NCBI GenBank assembly: GCA_964533215.1
Contig: CAZHLJ010000004.1
Coordinates: 191,587 to 255,586, forward strand
Direction: 5' to 3'
Length of the DNA: 64,000 nucleotides
DNA from: an uncultured Muribaculaceae bacterium
Lineage (GTDB): Bacteria; Bacteroidota; Bacteroidia; Bacteroidales; UBA932
Under the pieces are notes generated by a model that saw only the letters and a program-made list of their open reading frames with translations, did no database searches and was not told where the DNA came from. This document shows, one piece after another, positions 8,605 through 18,012 of the stretch (positions within the stretch are counted from its first letter, which is position 1; each line of letters begins with the position of its first letter). The translations under genes and the position numbers were made by a program.

Positions 8605-9721
8605 TTTCTATGACTATTTCAGAGATGCTCTCAAAGATCATCAGGCTGACGTAGATGAAAAGTGCTGGGAAAACATCAGCGCACGCATAGAACCAAAAAG
8701 GAGAAGGCTCTTATGGCCACTGCTAAGTACGGCTGCAGCGGCAGCTATTGTTGTATTTATACTTCTGCCCTATGCGGCCAAGAATTCTCACAAAACACAG
8801 CAATCTGTTACAAGCCAAAAGATTGCCGTAGAAAATCCAAAGTCTGATAAAAAACGTGTTACTGCGTATAATATTACAGACACAAAAAATAAGGAGGTTA
8901 TCTCCATGAAATCAACCATTCCGGAAGAGCCTGCAATATCATCTGAGGAGAAGACAATCTCAGAAGACAATGCCATGCCTAAAGAAAAGGCACAGCCAGG
9001 AGCCAATAAACCTGCTGACAAACCGTCAAAAACAGAGTATACCGGATCAGATAAAACATACGATTTTACAGATGATAATCAGACAACGAGAGAAAGCAGA
9101 TGGACCATATCCGCTTCATTGGGAGCTTTGGGTAAGACAACAGGCTCTACTCCTAACAATTATAGTGCAGTAAGGACATTGCAACCCCTCCAGAGCTTTG
9201 AGATTGCAACAAGTACAATTTCAGACGCAGAGTATGCAGCACCCTTCTCATTAGGAGTGTTGTTGAGAAAAGAGTTTAGCAAGACTTTCAGCGTGGAAAC
9301 CGGCTTTGTATATAGCTATCTATCCACCACTTACAGAAATGGTGGCAACCAGCAGTATAAAGCAAAGTTAAAATTGCATTACATTGGTGTCCCTGTGAAT
9401 CTTGTCGCTACTCTTTGGAATGTTACCAATGACTGTAAGCTTTATGCCAGTTCAGGCATGATGATTGAAAAAGGGGTCAAGTCGGATTTTTCACAATATC
9501 TGTCCGAAACAAAACAGTCCATAACATCCAGTCAAAGTATAAAGGGAGTCCAGTGGTCTGTGAATGCATCAATGGGACTATCATACAGGATATTCCGAAA
9601 CTGGAACATTTATCTTGAACCTCATGTATCCTATTACTTTGATAACAACCAGCCAATAAGCATCCGTACTCAAAAGCACACAATAGTCGGCGTCAACTCC
9701 GGATTCAGATTGGAATTATAA
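8588..9721 (+). CDS. Putative anti-sigma factor with C-terminal outer-membrane beta-barrel
   Basis: Overlaps the sigma gene; short N-terminal domain, RRR plus TM helix, low-complexity K/E/S/T/P linker, amphipathic beta-strands ending GFRLEL; ATG at 8588 preferred to TTG at 8576. Confidence 0.75.
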   Translation: MRDKDNFYDYFRDALKDHQADVDEKCWENISARIEPKRRRLLWPLLSTAAAAAIVVFILLPYAAKNSHKTQQSVTSQKIAVENPKSDKKRVTAYNITDTKNKEVISMKSTIPEEPAISSEEKTISEDNAMPKEKAQPGANKPADKPSKTEYTGSDKTYDFTDDNQTTRESRWTISASLGALGKTTGSTPNNYSAVRTLQPLQSFEIATSTISDAEYAAPFSLGVLLRKEFSKTFSVETGFVYSYLSTTYRNGGNQQYKAKLKLHYIGVPVNLVATLWNVTNDCKLYASSGMMIEKGVKSDFSQYLSETKQSITSSQSIKGVQWSVNASMGLSYRIFRNWNIYLEPHVSYYFDNNQPISIRTQKHTIVGVNSGFRLEL

Positions 9722-9730
9722 ACAAGTTTT

Positions 9731-9738
9731 TATCTTTG
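9731..9738 (+). promoter_or_regulatory. -7 promoter box for lipA-lipB
   Basis: TATCTTTG, 27 nt before ATG at 9766. Confidence 0.6.
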
Positions 9739-9765
9739 CGGCTCTTAAATATCCTTTATCAAGAA

Positions 9766-10626
9766 ATGATGATAAGACCCGACAAAAAACCTGATTGGTT
9801 AAGAATAAAACTAGGCACTTCCGGAGGGTATTCGGTAGTGGAGAAAATAGTAAAGGATCATTCTCTGAATACAATTTGCAGTAGTGGCATGTGCCCAAAC
9901 AAGACCGAATGTTGGAGCAGGGGAACAGCCACATTTATGATTCTTGGGGATATCTGTACCCGCTCATGTAAATTCTGTGCAACAAACACCGGAAAGCCAT
10001 TATTGCCAAATGCAACCGAGCCCGCCGAGTTGGCAGAATCGGTTTTTCTGATGAAGTTAAACCATTGTGTAATAACCTCAGTAACCAGAGACGACTTACC
10101 AGATGGCGGAGCATCTCATTGGGCAAGCGTTATAAACGAATGTAGAAAAAGAAATCCTAAAACTACAATTGAGGTGCTTATCCCTGATTTTGATGCCAAA
10201 CACAAGCTGATTGACATTATTCTTGAAGCCAAGCCAGACATAATAGCTCATAATATTGAGACAGTAAGACGACTTACACCCTCTGTAAGATCTAAGGCAA
10301 AGTACGATGTTTCTTTGGAAACACTTAACTATATCTCACAAAAGGGTGTTATTTCAAAGAGTGGCATTATGCTTGGACTAGGAGAGTCAGAAGAGGAGAT
10401 TCTAATCACATTAAGAGACCTGCGTGAGAATGGATGCAGAGTTGTTACTATTGGACAATATCTCCGTCCGACACTTAGACATTTACCCGTTGAAGAATAT
10501 GTCTCTCCTGAAAAATTTGCCCGTTACAAGGAGTTTGCCCTTAAAACAGGCTTTGACCATGTAGAAAGCGGTCCATTTGTCAGATCGTCATACATGGCAG
10601 AAAAAGCAATAAGTATTTGTAAATAA
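9766..10626 (+). CDS. lipA: Lipoyl synthase
   Basis: CX4CX5C (CSSGMCPNKTEC), radical SAM CTRSCKFC and C-terminal RSSY motifs. Confidence 0.97.
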   Translation: MMIRPDKKPDWLRIKLGTSGGYSVVEKIVKDHSLNTICSSGMCPNKTECWSRGTATFMILGDICTRSCKFCATNTGKPLLPNATEPAELAESVFLMKLNHCVITSVTRDDLPDGGASHWASVINECRKRNPKTTIEVLIPDFDAKHKLIDIILEAKPDIIAHNIETVRRLTPSVRSKAKYDVSLETLNYISQKGVISKSGIMLGLGESEEEILITLRDLRENGCRVVTIGQYLRPTLRHLPVEEYVSPEKFARYKEFALKTGFDHVESGPFVRSSYMAEKAISICK

Positions 10627-10637
10627 TTAATTGTTAT

Positions 10638-11300
10638 ATGCCCGACTTCATTATTAAAGACCTTGGTCTAATCGATTACAAGGAGGCCTGGGATTTTCAG
10701 AAAGAGCTTTTCAACAAACTGATAGAAGCTAAGTCAACAGGAGAAACGAAAGAGATGTATCTGCTGCTGCTTGAGCATCCTCATGTTTATACAATGGGTT
10801 TGCATGGAAATGTTGACAACCTGCTATTCAACGAAGATTTTCTAAACCGTATAGGTGCAAAGTATTACAGAATCGAGCGTGGTGGTGATGTCACATACCA
10901 CGGCTATGGACAACTCGTAGGATATCCGATTTTTGATCTTGAAGAACTCGGGATTGGAATAAAAAAATATATCTGGCTTCTGGAAGAGGCTATAATTATG
11001 ACAATTGCTGAGTATGGAATTACCGGTGAACGCCTTGAAGGAAGTGTTGGAGTATGGATTGAAAGTCAGACATCAAATGCCCGTAAAATTGCCGCCATTG
11101 GGGTTAAAGCTTCACGATATGTAACAATGCACGGTTTTGCCCTGAACGTTACTACCAACCTCGATTATTTCAACTTCATCAATCCATGTGGCTTTATAGA
11201 CAAAGGGGTAACTTCAATCGAAAAGGAGACTGGAAAAAAACCTTCCCTTAAGGAGGTTGGAGAAAAGTTCGCCAATAATCTCAGATCAGCGATGCTTTAA
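10638..11300 (+). CDS. lipB: Lipoyl(octanoyl) transferase
   Basis: EHPHVYTMG, RGGDVTYHGYGQLVGYP, KIAAIG, HGFALNV and INPCG motifs. Confidence 0.97.
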   Translation: MPDFIIKDLGLIDYKEAWDFQKELFNKLIEAKSTGETKEMYLLLLEHPHVYTMGLHGNVDNLLFNEDFLNRIGAKYYRIERGGDVTYHGYGQLVGYPIFDLEELGIGIKKYIWLLEEAIIMTIAEYGITGERLEGSVGVWIESQTSNARKIAAIGVKASRYVTMHGFALNVTTNLDYFNFINPCGFIDKGVTSIEKETGKKPSLKEVGEKFANNLRSAML

Positions 11301-12195
11301 CCATACGATTCTTACCACAGAAATCCTGACGTACCTCCACCTTTTCAAACCATGAGGATTGAAGCAAACTGACAATTTCTGCCGCCAGGGATTCGTTTAT
11401 TTCCAGATAGATCAGACCTCCTGGCTTTAACAGTATGGAGCCCCAGAGAGCAAGGGCTTTGTAAAATAGCAACGGATCGTCATCGGGTACGAAAAGAGCT
11501 TCATTAGGCTCAAAATCCAAAACGTTGCTTCTCATCAGTATACGTTCCGACTCTTTAACATAAGGCGGGTTGCTCACAAGGATATCCAAGGAGTTGTTTT
11601 CAATCATCTTCTGACTATCCGGCCCTTGCATAAGGTCTGCCTTGAACTCTTTGAATTTACACATCCCCGATTGGCCGAGAGACAATTGAACGGCATTTCT
11701 GTGGGTTACTTCAAGAGCCTTGTCTGAGAAGTCAAGAGCAAAGACCTCCGAATTAGATAAATCATTATCAGCCCTTAATTGCTTTGTCATCTCGCAGGCG
11801 AGAGTAATTCCTATACATCCGGATCCGCATGCGGCATCAAGGATACGAATAGGATATGACAGGTCATTGTCAAGTATCCACCTTACCAACTCCTCCGTTT
11901 CCGGTCTGGGAATAAGAACTCCCTCCTCAACATTAAACTTCCTTCCGTAGAACTCTTCATATCCCAACACGTACTGAAGGGGGCGGGCCTTAGAGAGCTC
12001 TAGAACCGCTTGTTCAAGATCACTCTTCAGCAACTGTTCATCTATAACTCCGGAGGGATTTACTATATGCTCGTAAGAACTTATCTTACAGAAATGCTGC
12101 AGCAGCCTTACGGCAATCGCCCGCCCCTCCCCAGTCTGATAAAGATGAGAAAGCCTTTGCTGAACATCCTCTGTAAAACTCTTATATGTGGCCAT
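11281..12195 (-). CDS. prmC: Release factor glutamine methyltransferase (HemK)
   Basis: PLQYVLG, LIPRPETEEL, DAACGSG, SNPPY motifs. Confidence 0.95.
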   Translation of the reverse strand: MATYKSFTEDVQQRLSHLYQTGEGRAIAVRLLQHFCKISSYEHIVNPSGVIDEQLLKSDLEQAVLELSKARPLQYVLGYEEFYGRKFNVEEGVLIPRPETEELVRWILDNDLSYPIRILDAACGSGCIGITLACEMTKQLRADNDLSNSEVFALDFSDKALEVTHRNAVQLSLGQSGMCKFKEFKADLMQGPDSQKMIENNSLDILVSNPPYVKESERILMRSNVLDFEPNEALFVPDDDPLLFYKALALWGSILLKPGGLIYLEINESLAAEIVSLLQSSWFEKVEVRQDFCGKNRMVKASLI

Positions 12196-12199
12196 TTGC

Positions 12200-14509
12200 T
12201 TAATTAACAGGAATAGTTATGCACCAAGTGTTGCCTCCAAAATCATTAACGTACAGAAAGTTTCCCTCCACTACAATATTACCAAGTATAGGAGCACCAA
12301 GGTTCATCCTCCATTTAAAAAGACCGTTGCGAACATCCAGACAATACAGACACCCATCATTTGCTCCAAAATAGAGATTGTTATCATTAAGGCAGACACC
12401 TCCCTCCACAGTCATCTGAAAGTCCTTTGTATAAGGAGCTGTGTAGAAGAGAGAAGGGTTAGTCCTGTAGTTCCAAAGCTCCTTGTACCCATTCTGACGG
12501 TCAAAGGCTGCAACACCCTTGTCGGAAGTACCTACAACATAATACCTTTCCGTTACAACCGGGCGAGAATTGACATTTACTGTCTGGCCTATCTTTAGTT
12601 TCAAAAGCTCCGCTCCAGTTATTGGATCAACTTCTGTTATATAACCGGGAGATGTATAGAAGAAGTGGCCTCCGTAGGCAACAGGAGTGTTGTCACATAT
12701 ACGCGAGTCCTCATCGCGCTTTTCCCACAAGAGTTTGCCTGAAACTGCATCATGTGCAAATCTGCCCAACCAATATCCTCCGGAGAGCAATACCTTGGAT
12801 TTAGGTTCCACCACCGGAGAGGCCACAGTCGAGACTCCACTCTTCCATGCGTTGTTTGTCCATAAAATTCCGCCATCTGATATTCTTACTGCAGTCAGGC
12901 TGGAACCCTGACCTGCATATACGATCCCATCATTAACCGTAACACCTTCTGTAAAGACCGGGTGAGTACCCTTACTCCTTAAATCCTTGTACCAAACCAC
13001 TTTCCCTGTGGCAGCTTCCAAGGCATATAGCCGCCCCTCTACATCACAAGCCAGTACAGTGTCACCCCAGAGAGCCATATTGTTTTTAACGGAATTACGG
13101 GTCTTAAAGCTCCATAAAACTTTCCCGGTAGATTTGTCAAGAGCACCAATTGAGGATTTTTCAGCAGAATCATCATCTATCGTTGCAGAAATGACCAGAT
13201 TACCGGCTATTAAAGGAGATACCATAAAAATGTTGCCGCCAATGTTGGATACCCATTTTATCTGAGGACTCTCTTTGGAGCAGTTCTCTTTGATTACTTG
13301 CTTATACACCACACTACCGTCAGAGAATCCAATCCTCACCCTGAGAGATGCCGTCTCAGAAACATTTTCAGGCAAATTGCACACCCAGTTCCAACTGCTT
13401 TTCTGCTGCATCCTGAACTCTTTTTTCCCGGCCAAGACAACTGCACAATCCACTTCGGAGCCTGTATCGTAGATATTTGCCAAAACCGTAAACCCATGCC
13501 CAGATCCGGCACAACTATGGAAACTATTTGCAACAATATGATTGTCCAGACAAGAGTATTTGATCCTAGACCTTAATTCTCCCGTTTTGTCAAAAGAGAG
13601 TACCCTGAAAGAGGATGGAGAATGGTCTATCCCCCCTTTGTTTGGCGACATAGAGCTGAACGTATAACAGCCTTTATCTGTATATTTGAAAAGATTTGTA
13701 TGATAATGGGCATAAAGATATCCCTTGAGGTTGAATGTGTCCAGGTCATATAGATGATGATTTGCCAGAATCACCGGAGTCCCTTTTGGAATGGCATCCA
13801 GGTCTTTTCTTAACCATCTATAAAGATCATCTGCAGAGTAACTGGGCACTTTATCCCCATATATAACCGGAGTGATTACAAAATGGACACCTCCGACATT
13901 GAATGAGTACCATACAGGTCCGAAATGCTGCTCAAAATGTTGCTCACCGTAATCCCCTGCAATAAGGTCGTGGTTCCCTAAAGAGTATACCACCCTTACA
14001 CCCATTGTATTTCTGTTTATCTCGCGCGAATGAAAGTCCTGCCCCTTTTCATAACATATATCCCCATTCATCAGAAGGAATGCAATCTTATGATTTGCAA
14101 TATAATCCTTAAGACCATCAATCCAGTCCTTATATGTACTCGCTTCCGGATCTCCTATATGGATGAAGGCAGAAGGCTGATCATCCACTTTCTTTAATTT
14201 AAAATCGATTATGGCTGGTAACTTGTCACCAAGCCTTACAAAAAAATCTCCCACCTGCTCATATCCGCCCGGAGTCGAAATATAAACAAACCTGGCCCTG
14301 GGGTGCGTCTCAAATGAGAAACATCCTTTTGGATCACTCTTGTAAACATTAAAGCCGTCTGAAACGACGACTCCACCCACACCTTTTTCATAAGTATCGG
14401 TAATCCGCCCGGAAACTTGCCTTTGGGCAAAAGCATGACAACCGGCGAAAAGTAAAAGAGCCAGAAAAATAATCCGACCTGCCACTCTCCGGTGAATAAA
14501 TGAGACCAT
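12200..14509 (-). CDS. Exported calcineurin-like metallophosphoesterase fused to a PQQ-type beta-propeller
   Basis: Signal peptide; VVVSDG N-terminal domain; GD, GDI, GNHD, HH and HYH motifs; C-terminal propeller repeats with DxxTGKxxW. Confidence 0.8.
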   Translation of the reverse strand: MVSFIHRRVAGRIIFLALLLFAGCHAFAQRQVSGRITDTYEKGVGGVVVSDGFNVYKSDPKGCFSFETHPRARFVYISTPGGYEQVGDFFVRLGDKLPAIIDFKLKKVDDQPSAFIHIGDPEASTYKDWIDGLKDYIANHKIAFLLMNGDICYEKGQDFHSREINRNTMGVRVVYSLGNHDLIAGDYGEQHFEQHFGPVWYSFNVGGVHFVITPVIYGDKVPSYSADDLYRWLRKDLDAIPKGTPVILANHHLYDLDTFNLKGYLYAHYHTNLFKYTDKGCYTFSSMSPNKGGIDHSPSSFRVLSFDKTGELRSRIKYSCLDNHIVANSFHSCAGSGHGFTVLANIYDTGSEVDCAVVLAGKKEFRMQQKSSWNWVCNLPENVSETASLRVRIGFSDGSVVYKQVIKENCSKESPQIKWVSNIGGNIFMVSPLIAGNLVISATIDDDSAEKSSIGALDKSTGKVLWSFKTRNSVKNNMALWGDTVLACDVEGRLYALEAATGKVVWYKDLRSKGTHPVFTEGVTVNDGIVYAGQGSSLTAVRISDGGILWTNNAWKSGVSTVASPVVEPKSKVLLSGGYWLGRFAHDAVSGKLLWEKRDEDSRICDNTPVAYGGHFFYTSPGYITEVDPITGAELLKLKIGQTVNVNSRPVVTERYYVVGTSDKGVAAFDRQNGYKELWNYRTNPSLFYTAPYTKDFQMTVEGGVCLNDNNLYFGANDGCLYCLDVRNGLFKWRMNLGAPILGNIVVEGNFLYVNDFGGNTWCITIPVN

Positions 14510-14539
14510 AATGGTTATTTTTAAATTATAGAGACATCT

Positions 14540-15520
14540 TTATTCCAACAGTTTATTCAGGAAATCACCGATAGTCATCCCTGCCGCACGTATTTGCTGA
14601 GGGACAAGACTGGTTTCAGTCATACCTGGTACAGTATTGATCTCAAGGAAGAAAATCTCTTCACCTCTGACAATATAATCCATTCTGACAGCACCATTGC
14701 AACCAAGATAGTGGTAAATCCTATGTGAGACATCAATAATCCTCTCACTCAGTCCGACAGGTATTTCCGCCGGGGTAACCTCTTGGCTTGCTCCTAAATA
14801 TTTAGCCTCGTAGTCAAAAAATTCATTTTTGGAGATAATCTCCGTAACCGGCAATCTGACAAGTTTGCCATCGGACATAAATACACCGTTGGTCATCTCC
14901 CTTCCGTTGATACACTCCTCAATCAAGATAGTTTCATCTTCCTTGAAAGCCTCCTCTATTGCTGAAGCAAGATCTTCTCTCTTCTTAACCTTAGTTACAC
15001 CAAAGCTGCTTCCCCCGCTGCATGGCTTTACAAAAAGCGGTAATCCAAGCTTAGAGACTATATCTTCCGACGAATAGTTGTCCCCACGCCTCATAAATAC
15101 CTCTCGGGCCATCAGTACACCAGAACTCCTAAGGTAACTCTTGCAGGCATACTTGTCGAAAGTAATTGTGGATACTCTTGAGGAACAAGTTGTACAAGGC
15201 AGCCCAATCATCTCGAAATATCCTTGCAAAAGACCATTCTCACCTGGAGTACCATGAATCATTACTAATGCAACATCAAAATTTACCTTTCTGGAAGCTA
15301 CATTCCCACTTGCTGGAATTGTAAAGGAAAAATCGGATTTATCTATCTGAAATACTCTTCCATCCTCCATCTGAACTCCCCAGTCTCTGCCTCTGACAAG
15401 CACCTCAAAAAATTCATACTTGTCCCTGTCGATGTGCTTCGCCATGTTTTTTCCACTCTTCACCGACACCTCATACTCAGAGGAGTTTCCCCCATAAACG
15501 AGGGCTACAATCTTTTTCAT
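14540..15520 (-). CDS. ddl: D-alanine--D-alanine ligase
   Basis: GGNSSEYEVS, HGTPGENG, FVKP..GSS, FFDYEAKY, EINTVPGMT motifs. Confidence 0.96.
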   Translation of the reverse strand: MKKIVALVYGGNSSEYEVSVKSGKNMAKHIDRDKYEFFEVLVRGRDWGVQMEDGRVFQIDKSDFSFTIPASGNVASRKVNFDVALVMIHGTPGENGLLQGYFEMIGLPCTTCSSRVSTITFDKYACKSYLRSSGVLMAREVFMRRGDNYSSEDIVSKLGLPLFVKPCSGGSSFGVTKVKKREDLASAIEEAFKEDETILIEECINGREMTNGVFMSDGKLVRLPVTEIISKNEFFDYEAKYLGASQEVTPAEIPVGLSERIIDVSHRIYHYLGCNGAVRMDYIVRGEEIFFLEINTVPGMTETSLVPQQIRAAGMTIGDFLNKLLE

Positions 15521-15548
15521 TTGTCTATAAATATAATTTTACGAAAAT

Positions 15549-17903
15549 TTAATGAGCAAAAGGATCTGTAATCACAGAGGTGGAATCCACCTCCTCGTCA
15601 CTTCCACGGCAGTTGAACTGAGCCGAGAAGCCCGAAGGTGCAGTGAAACTATCCTTTGTCGTAATTCCAAGAGATGGGTCCTTAAGTACCTTTTGCATGA
15701 AGAGACCCCATATAGGAAGGGCCATGTTTGCGCCTCCACCAAGAGCCAGTCCCTCAAAATGAATCTGTCTGTCTTCAGCTCCGACCCAGACTCCGGCAGT
15801 AAGTTTAGGAACATACCCGATGAACCACCCGTCAGCCTGATCGTTTGTCGTTCCGGTCTTTCCTGCAATCGGGCCGTCTGGAACATATTTCCACCTCAGT
15901 CTGGAAGCAGTACCTTCATTAACCACTCCTTCCATCAGGTTTACCATCAGGTAAGCAGTATGTTCACTTATGGATTCCCTCTTTCTTGCTGTAAAGTTGC
16001 TAAGCACGTTCCCAGCCTTATCCTCTATCCTTAGTACAAAAATTGGATCCACATGAACTCCCTTACTTGGGAAAGTGTTGTAGGCAGCCACCATCTCAAA
16101 AAGAGTAAGGTCAGCCGGACCAAGACATAGGGACACTACAGGATCCAGATGGCTCTTTATACCCATCCTTTTGCACATATCCACCATTGCACGTGGACCG
16201 AACTGTTTCATAAGATAGGCCGAAATATTATTTGAACTCATTGTGAGCCCCCACTTCAAAGTAACCTCTTTACCAATATATTTCTCTTTATCAGTACTCT
16301 CAGGAGTCCATGTTGTATCGCCCACTATAAATGTCTGAGGTACGTTAAACACCTTTGAACAAGGTGTGAAACCTTCCTGCATTGCCAAAGCATACAGGAA
16401 TGGCTTGATAGTCGAGCCAACCTGTCTTTTACCCTGACGTGCATTATCATACTTGAAGTATCGATAATTAGGTCCCCCTACATAAGCCCTTACAAAACCG
16501 GTCTGTGGCTCCATGGCCATAAATGACGCTCTTAGGAACGATTTGTAATATTTTATTGAATCGTTGGGCGACATTACAGTATCTATGGAGCTACCTCCGC
16601 CCTTCCATGAGAAGACTGTCATTTTAACCGGCTTTTCAAAAACAGCCTCAATTTCAGATTCTGTAAGCCCCTCTTCCTTAAGGTTTCTGTATCTATCGCT
16701 CCATTTTCTGCCTTGCTTCATTAAGCTTGCTATCTCACTCGTAGAGGTCGCGTTGGAAAATGGAGGGTGTTTTTTCCATCTTAATTCTCTTCCAAACTGT
16801 ACCTGTAAATCTTTGCTTAGGTGTTCTGCAACGGCCTCTTCTGCATATCTCTGCATTTTTGAGTTGACAGTTGTGTAAATCTTAAGCCCGTCTTTATCCA
16901 GATTGTATCTGCTGCCGTCCGGTTTAGGGTTCTTTGTAAGCCATCCATAGAGAGGATCATCCTTCCACAAAAGCGAATCGGCACGGAAATCATCCTCCTC
17001 ACGGTATTGCGACCTTCTTGGTTTTTCTGCACTCATAACTCTCTTTATCATATCCCTGAAGTAAGGGCCCAGACCGGAGTTATTATCCTGTTGAGTGAAT
17101 GCCAGCTTTATAGGCAGTGCCTTCACCGAGTCGTATGTTGCCCGGTCTATGTAATCGTACTTGTACATCTGACTAAGTACGTGGTTACGTCTGATAAGCG
17201 AGAGATCCGGATTGGTAACAGGATTGTACCTTGTAGGTTTGTTTACCATTCCAACCAAGAGTGCCGACTCCTCTATTGTAAGCTGCGAGGGCTCCTTTGC
17301 GAAAAAAGTATTAGCGGCTGCACGTATCCCGTAAGCATTGCTGCCAAAAAAGACAGCATTCAGGTACATGCTCAGTATCTCATCCTTTGTATAGTTTCTC
17401 TCCAGCTTGACAGCTGTTATCCACTCTTTGAATTTTGAAACTCCAAGCGCAAAGGTTTTTGCACCAGGAATGTTGCTGACTGCTGTGTCCCTGGGAAAAA
17501 GGGATTTTGCAAGTTGCTGCGAAAGAGTACTTCCTCCACCACCGGAACTTCTTCGGCCAAGAAGCAGTGATTTCACCGCTACCCTGCCAAGACTTCTTAT
17601 ATCAATACCACTATGCTCATAAAACCTGACATCCTCGGTAGCAACCAATGCATCTACCAGTGATGGTGAAAGTTCGTCAAAAGAGACAAACGATCTGTTT
17701 TCAACATGAAACGTCGTAAGAATCTGACCGTCTTCCGAAATTAACTCAGTGGCAATATTTTTCTGAGGATCCTCAAGTTCCTCAAACGACGGAATATTCC
17801 CAAAGAGGCTCACCATCAGAAGGAAAAACGCTACCAGCAAGAAGGGGCTGAAAACCACTATCCAAAACCTCTTCAAGAACTTATCCCTGTTTTTTATCTC
17901 CAT
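15549..17903 (-). CDS. mrcA: Class A penicillin-binding protein (PBP1a)
   Basis: TM anchor; transglycosylase EDVRFYEH and GGSTLSQQL; transpeptidase STIK, SNN, KTG motifs; ATG at 17903. Confidence 0.93.
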   Translation of the reverse strand: MEIKNRDKFLKRFWIVVFSPFLLVAFFLLMVSLFGNIPSFEELEDPQKNIATELISEDGQILTTFHVENRSFVSFDELSPSLVDALVATEDVRFYEHSGIDIRSLGRVAVKSLLLGRRSSGGGGSTLSQQLAKSLFPRDTAVSNIPGAKTFALGVSKFKEWITAVKLERNYTKDEILSMYLNAVFFGSNAYGIRAAANTFFAKEPSQLTIEESALLVGMVNKPTRYNPVTNPDLSLIRRNHVLSQMYKYDYIDRATYDSVKALPIKLAFTQQDNNSGLGPYFRDMIKRVMSAEKPRRSQYREEDDFRADSLLWKDDPLYGWLTKNPKPDGSRYNLDKDGLKIYTTVNSKMQRYAEEAVAEHLSKDLQVQFGRELRWKKHPPFSNATSTSEIASLMKQGRKWSDRYRNLKEEGLTESEIEAVFEKPVKMTVFSWKGGGSSIDTVMSPNDSIKYYKSFLRASFMAMEPQTGFVRAYVGGPNYRYFKYDNARQGKRQVGSTIKPFLYALAMQEGFTPCSKVFNVPQTFIVGDTTWTPESTDKEKYIGKEVTLKWGLTMSSNNISAYLMKQFGPRAMVDMCKRMGIKSHLDPVVSLCLGPADLTLFEMVAAYNTFPSKGVHVDPIFVLRIEDKAGNVLSNFTARKRESISEHTAYLMVNLMEGVVNEGTASRLRWKYVPDGPIAGKTGTTNDQADGWFIGYVPKLTAGVWVGAEDRQIHFEGLALGGGANMALPIWGLFMQKVLKDPSLGITTKDSFTAPSGFSAQFNCRGSDEEVDSTSVITDPFAH

Positions 17904-17934
17904 TTTCAATCAATATATAAGGTATACCAGCCGA

Positions 17935-17942
17935 CAAAAATA
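17935..17942 (-). promoter_or_regulatory. -7 promoter box for the PBP1a-ddl operon
   Basis: TATTTTTG on the minus strand about 30 nt upstream of the start. Confidence 0.55.
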
Positions 17943-18012
17943 GGAATAAAAATTTGGATAATATCTTACTTTATAGCTTACTTTGCAGCATTCAAGGTTT
18001 AATATTGCAGAT

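Noticed and set aside
15552..17438. Antisense ORFs of 104-160 aa within PBP1a, and similar ones in mreB, dsbD and purH
   Set aside because: Shadow ORFs opposite conserved genes
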